Below the pieces are notes generated by a model. That model ran no database searches. It had not been told where the DNA came from and saw nothing but the letters and a program-made list of their open reading frames with translations. A program made the position numbers and the translations under genes. From IMG/VR virus record IMGVR_UViG_643348549_000020: DNA of 64,000 nt; one strand, written 5' to 3'. Within the stretch, counting starts at the first letter, position 1, and the number at the start of each line of letters is the position of its first letter. This DNA comes from a virus. Lineage: Duplodnaviria; Heunggongvirae; Uroviricota; Caudoviricetes. This document shows positions 61,581 through 64,000 of this stretch, one piece after another.

Positions 61581-61939
61581 TTAATCGTATCAAGCTGGAG
61601 CACATCCTCGAATATGCCAGGCAGCAGAGGCATATTGGTCAGCATTGTAAAATTCCACCAGGAGATATGGTTGAAATCATGGAGATTGCCATGCGCAAGG
61701 CTGGCAACTCTCCGGTAACTCCGGATGGTTGGATAAGCTGTAGTGAGCGAATGCCGAACGATAAACAGTATGTTTGGTGTTGGGGGAAGTCTTACGGCTG
61801 GACTGAGTGCGATACCTTCGAAGGGTATTACGATTGTTCGAGAAACAAATGGTGGGCAGTTACTGACAATGGGGAAGAACCGGCATCGAAAGTAACCCAC
61901 TGGATGCCGCTACCGGAGCCGCCGCAGGAGGTGAAATGA
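61577..61939 (+). CDS. DUF551-like prophage protein (paralogue of 2985-3347)
   Basis: 120 aa; N-terminal ~61 aa identical to the first-prophage copy, C-terminus divergent. Confidence 0.55.
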   Translation: MINRIKLEHILEYARQQRHIGQHCKIPPGDMVEIMEIAMRKAGNSPVTPDGWISCSERMPNDKQYVWCWGKSYGWTECDTFEGYYDCSRNKWWAVTDNGEEPASKVTHWMPLPEPPQEVK

Positions 61940-62026
61940 TGAATTGGCCTGAAGCATTCACCGCAGTTGGAGTTGCAATAGCGGTGGCATTTATTCTGTA
62001 TTCGCTTTTCCGCTGGGGATAAAGGA

Positions 62027-62269
62027 ATGTTCGCTCTGATTCAACGTGGTCAGATATACACGGACAGAGCCGGATACCCTGTGGTGATTACTCGCAGTAC
62101 TCAGCACTCAGTGTTCTTTCGACGCATGGACGGGCGCTCCGGACGGGTACGCATTGGTGAGTTCAACAACCTGTTCGAACATATTGACCAACAGGAGTAC
62201 CGCAAAATTCTGGCGGGCACTGAGCAGGAAATGCGCCTGAAAAAATTACGCGCAATGCAACGGAGGTGA
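62027..62269 (+). CDS. hypothetical protein
   Basis: 80-aa basic ORF with ATG start. Confidence 0.35.
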   Translation: MFALIQRGQIYTDRAGYPVVITRSTQHSVFFRRMDGRSGRVRIGEFNNLFEHIDQQEYRKILAGTEQEMRLKKLRAMQRR

Positions 62270-62425
62270 TACATGCATACGGCTTTTGAGTTCTGGGTTC
62301 GCAAGACATTCGGCAATCGCTACGACCTGAACCGTGATGTCGACGGCTTCTACTGCCGTGAAGTTGTGAAACGAATGTTTGACGTGTGGTGCCACTGCCG
62401 TGGATGAAAGTTTTATGAGGTTGGC

Positions 62426-62680
62426 ATGCAGACAATCATCTATCAGATAACCCCCAGCAAATGGTGTACGGAGAGAGTCCTTATTGCATCAACAGGGCTA
62501 AAGCCCGGCACCATCGAGCGGGCCAGAAGAAAGTCATGGATGCAGGGAAAAGAATACCGCCATTACGCTGTAGAAGGTGATCCTGGGCATTACAGTGAAT
62601 GCCTGTACAACATCGAAGAAATTATGCGATGGATCGAAAACCAGAAACAACCAGGTGCCAAAAATGCAAGTTCCGGTTAA
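62426..62680 (+). CDS. xis: excisionase-like protein
   Basis: 84-aa ORF immediately upstream of the integrase. Confidence 0.6.
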   Translation: MQTIIYQITPSKWCTERVLIASTGLKPGTIERARRKSWMQGKEYRHYAVEGDPGHYSECLYNIEEIMRWIENQKQPGAKNASSG

Positions 62681-62713
62681 CCTGTTAATGCTCCTGGACG
62701 TCTGGGAGGTTTA

Positions 62714-64000
62714 ATGAGTAACGCATCATACCCGACAGGCGTTGAAAACCATGGCGGATCACTCCGTATATGGTTTCACTATAATGGCAAACGTGTCAGA
62801 GAAAACCTCGGTGTTCCTGACACAGCCAAAAACCGGAAGATCGCTGGTGAACTTCGCACTTCCGTTTGTTTTGCAATCAGAATGGGGAGTTTCGACTACG
62901 CCGCGCAGTTCCCTAATTCCCCTAACCTGAAACACTTTGGTCTGGGAAAAAGAGAGATAACCGTTAAGGCACTTTCGGAAAAATGGTTGGACCTTAAGAA
63001 AATTGAGATTTGTGCGAATGCACTTAACCGTTACCAGTCAGTAATTAAAAACATGTTACCAATGTTAGGTGAAAAAAAACTGGTTTCATCCATAACAAAA
63101 GAGGATTTACTTTTCGTAAGGAGAGATTTGTTGACCGGTTACCAAAAGCTTTCTAATGGAAAGACTTCTTCCATAAAAGGGCGCTCAGTGGTCACGGTAA
63201 ACTACTATATGACAACCATAGCTGGAATGTTTCAATTTGCAACAGATAATGGTTATACCTCAGGAAACCCATTTAACGGTCTGGCTCCCTTAAAAAAGTC
63301 CAAGGTAAAACCAGATCCTCTCACCCGTGACGAATTTATTCGTTTTATTGAGGCTTGCCGTCATCAACAAACAAAAAACCTGTGGATTCTCGCTGTATAC
63401 ACGGGTATTCGTCACGGGGAGTTGGTATCGCTGGCATGGGAAGATATAGACCTTAAAGCAAGGACTATAACCATCCGTAGAAATTATACAAAACTTGGCG
63501 AATTCACTCCACCAAAAACCGATGCAGGCACCGGAAGGACAATTCATCTGGTTCAACCAGCTATTGATGCTCTTAAAAGCCAGGCGGAAATGACCATGCT
63601 TGGAAAGCAACATTCTGTAGAGGTGAAGCAGAGGGAATATGGGAGAACTGCTGTGCATAAATGCACTTTTGTTTTTAGTCCTCAGGTAACAAAACAGCAG
63701 CAGTTGTCCGGACCTCACTACAAGGTTGACTCCATCAGGGAGTCATGGACAAGTATCTTAAAACGCGCAGGTCTGAGACACAGAAAATCGTACCAATCCA
63801 GGCATACTTATGCATGCTGGTCACTTGCCGCAGGAGCTAATCCTAGTTTTATCGCAAGCCAGATGGGCCACACAAACGCACAAATGGTATTCAATGTTTA
63901 CGGAGCATGGATGAAAGACAACAATCACGAACAGATAGAACTCCTTAACAAAAGACTATCTGAAAGTGTCCCATGTATGCCCCATAAGAAAGCAGGGTAA
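62714..64000 (+). CDS. int: tyrosine-type site-specific integrase
   Basis: 428 aa with GGGAGG Shine-Dalgarno; C-terminal catalytic region (...RHTYACW...HTNAQMVFNVYGAW...) typical of the phage integrase family; stop is the last codon of the window. Confidence 0.9.
   Translation: MSNASYPTGVENHGGSLRIWFHYNGKRVRENLGVPDTAKNRKIAGELRTSVCFAIRMGSFDYAAQFPNSPNLKHFGLGKREITVKALSEKWLDLKKIEICANALNRYQSVIKNMLPMLGEKKLVSSITKEDLLFVRRDLLTGYQKLSNGKTSSIKGRSVVTVNYYMTTIAGMFQFATDNGYTSGNPFNGLAPLKKSKVKPDPLTRDEFIRFIEACRHQQTKNLWILAVYTGIRHGELVSLAWEDIDLKARTITIRRNYTKLGEFTPPKTDAGTGRTIHLVQPAIDALKSQAEMTMLGKQHSVEVKQREYGRTAVHKCTFVFSPQVTKQQQLSGPHYKVDSIRESWTSILKRAGLRHRKSYQSRHTYACWSLAAGANPSFIASQMGHTNAQMVFNVYGAWMKDNNHEQIELLNKRLSESVPCMPHKKAG

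Overview
The window looks like an Escherichia/Shigella chromosomal segment holding two lambdoid prophages in tandem, both with integrase at the right-hand end. All calls rest on reading the six-frame translations and the DNA by eye; no database search was run. (1) Positions 1 to about 14000 are the early/immunity/integration half of a Qin/Rac-type cryptic prophage: rusA, a DUF968 protein, a hok/mok toxin locus, a Nin-region block, P-like and O-like replication genes with iterons, a DicC/Cro-like and DicA-like immunity pair, ydfA-B-C, the DicF sRNA, dicB, ydfD, an 814-aa exonuclease VIII-like protein, xis and int. (2) Positions about 14000-16700 are a junction/cargo zone with an AT-rich OspG/NleH-family mini-kinase and a complete IS1. 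(3) Positions about 16700-64000 are a nearly complete lambda-like prophage read mostly on the minus strand: side tail fibre, lom, J-I-K-L-M-H-T/G-V-U-Z, head genes with a protease-capsid fusion, portal, terminase, a phage-21-type lysis cassette (pinholin, SAR endolysin, Rz/Rz1) with an inserted 185-aa ORF, NanS-p esterase, three tRNAs, Q, a DLP12-type Nin region (rusA, ybcO, ninE, ybcN, ybcM, ybcL, ybcK, emrE, ren), gene P split by IS629, O with ori iterons, CII-like, cro, cI, then gam-bet-exo (lambda-identical as far as I can tell), Ea22-like, xis and int. The most interesting candidate is an AT-rich two-gene operon directly downstream of cI, in the slot lambda uses for rexAB: a 353-aa protein with a possible GNAT-like N-terminus, translationally coupled to a 125-aa ASCH (PUA-like) protein and closed by a terminator. 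I propose it as a candidate prophage-encoded exclusion/defence module; this is inference from position, composition and one motif. No CRISPR arrays, rRNA genes or stx genes were found.
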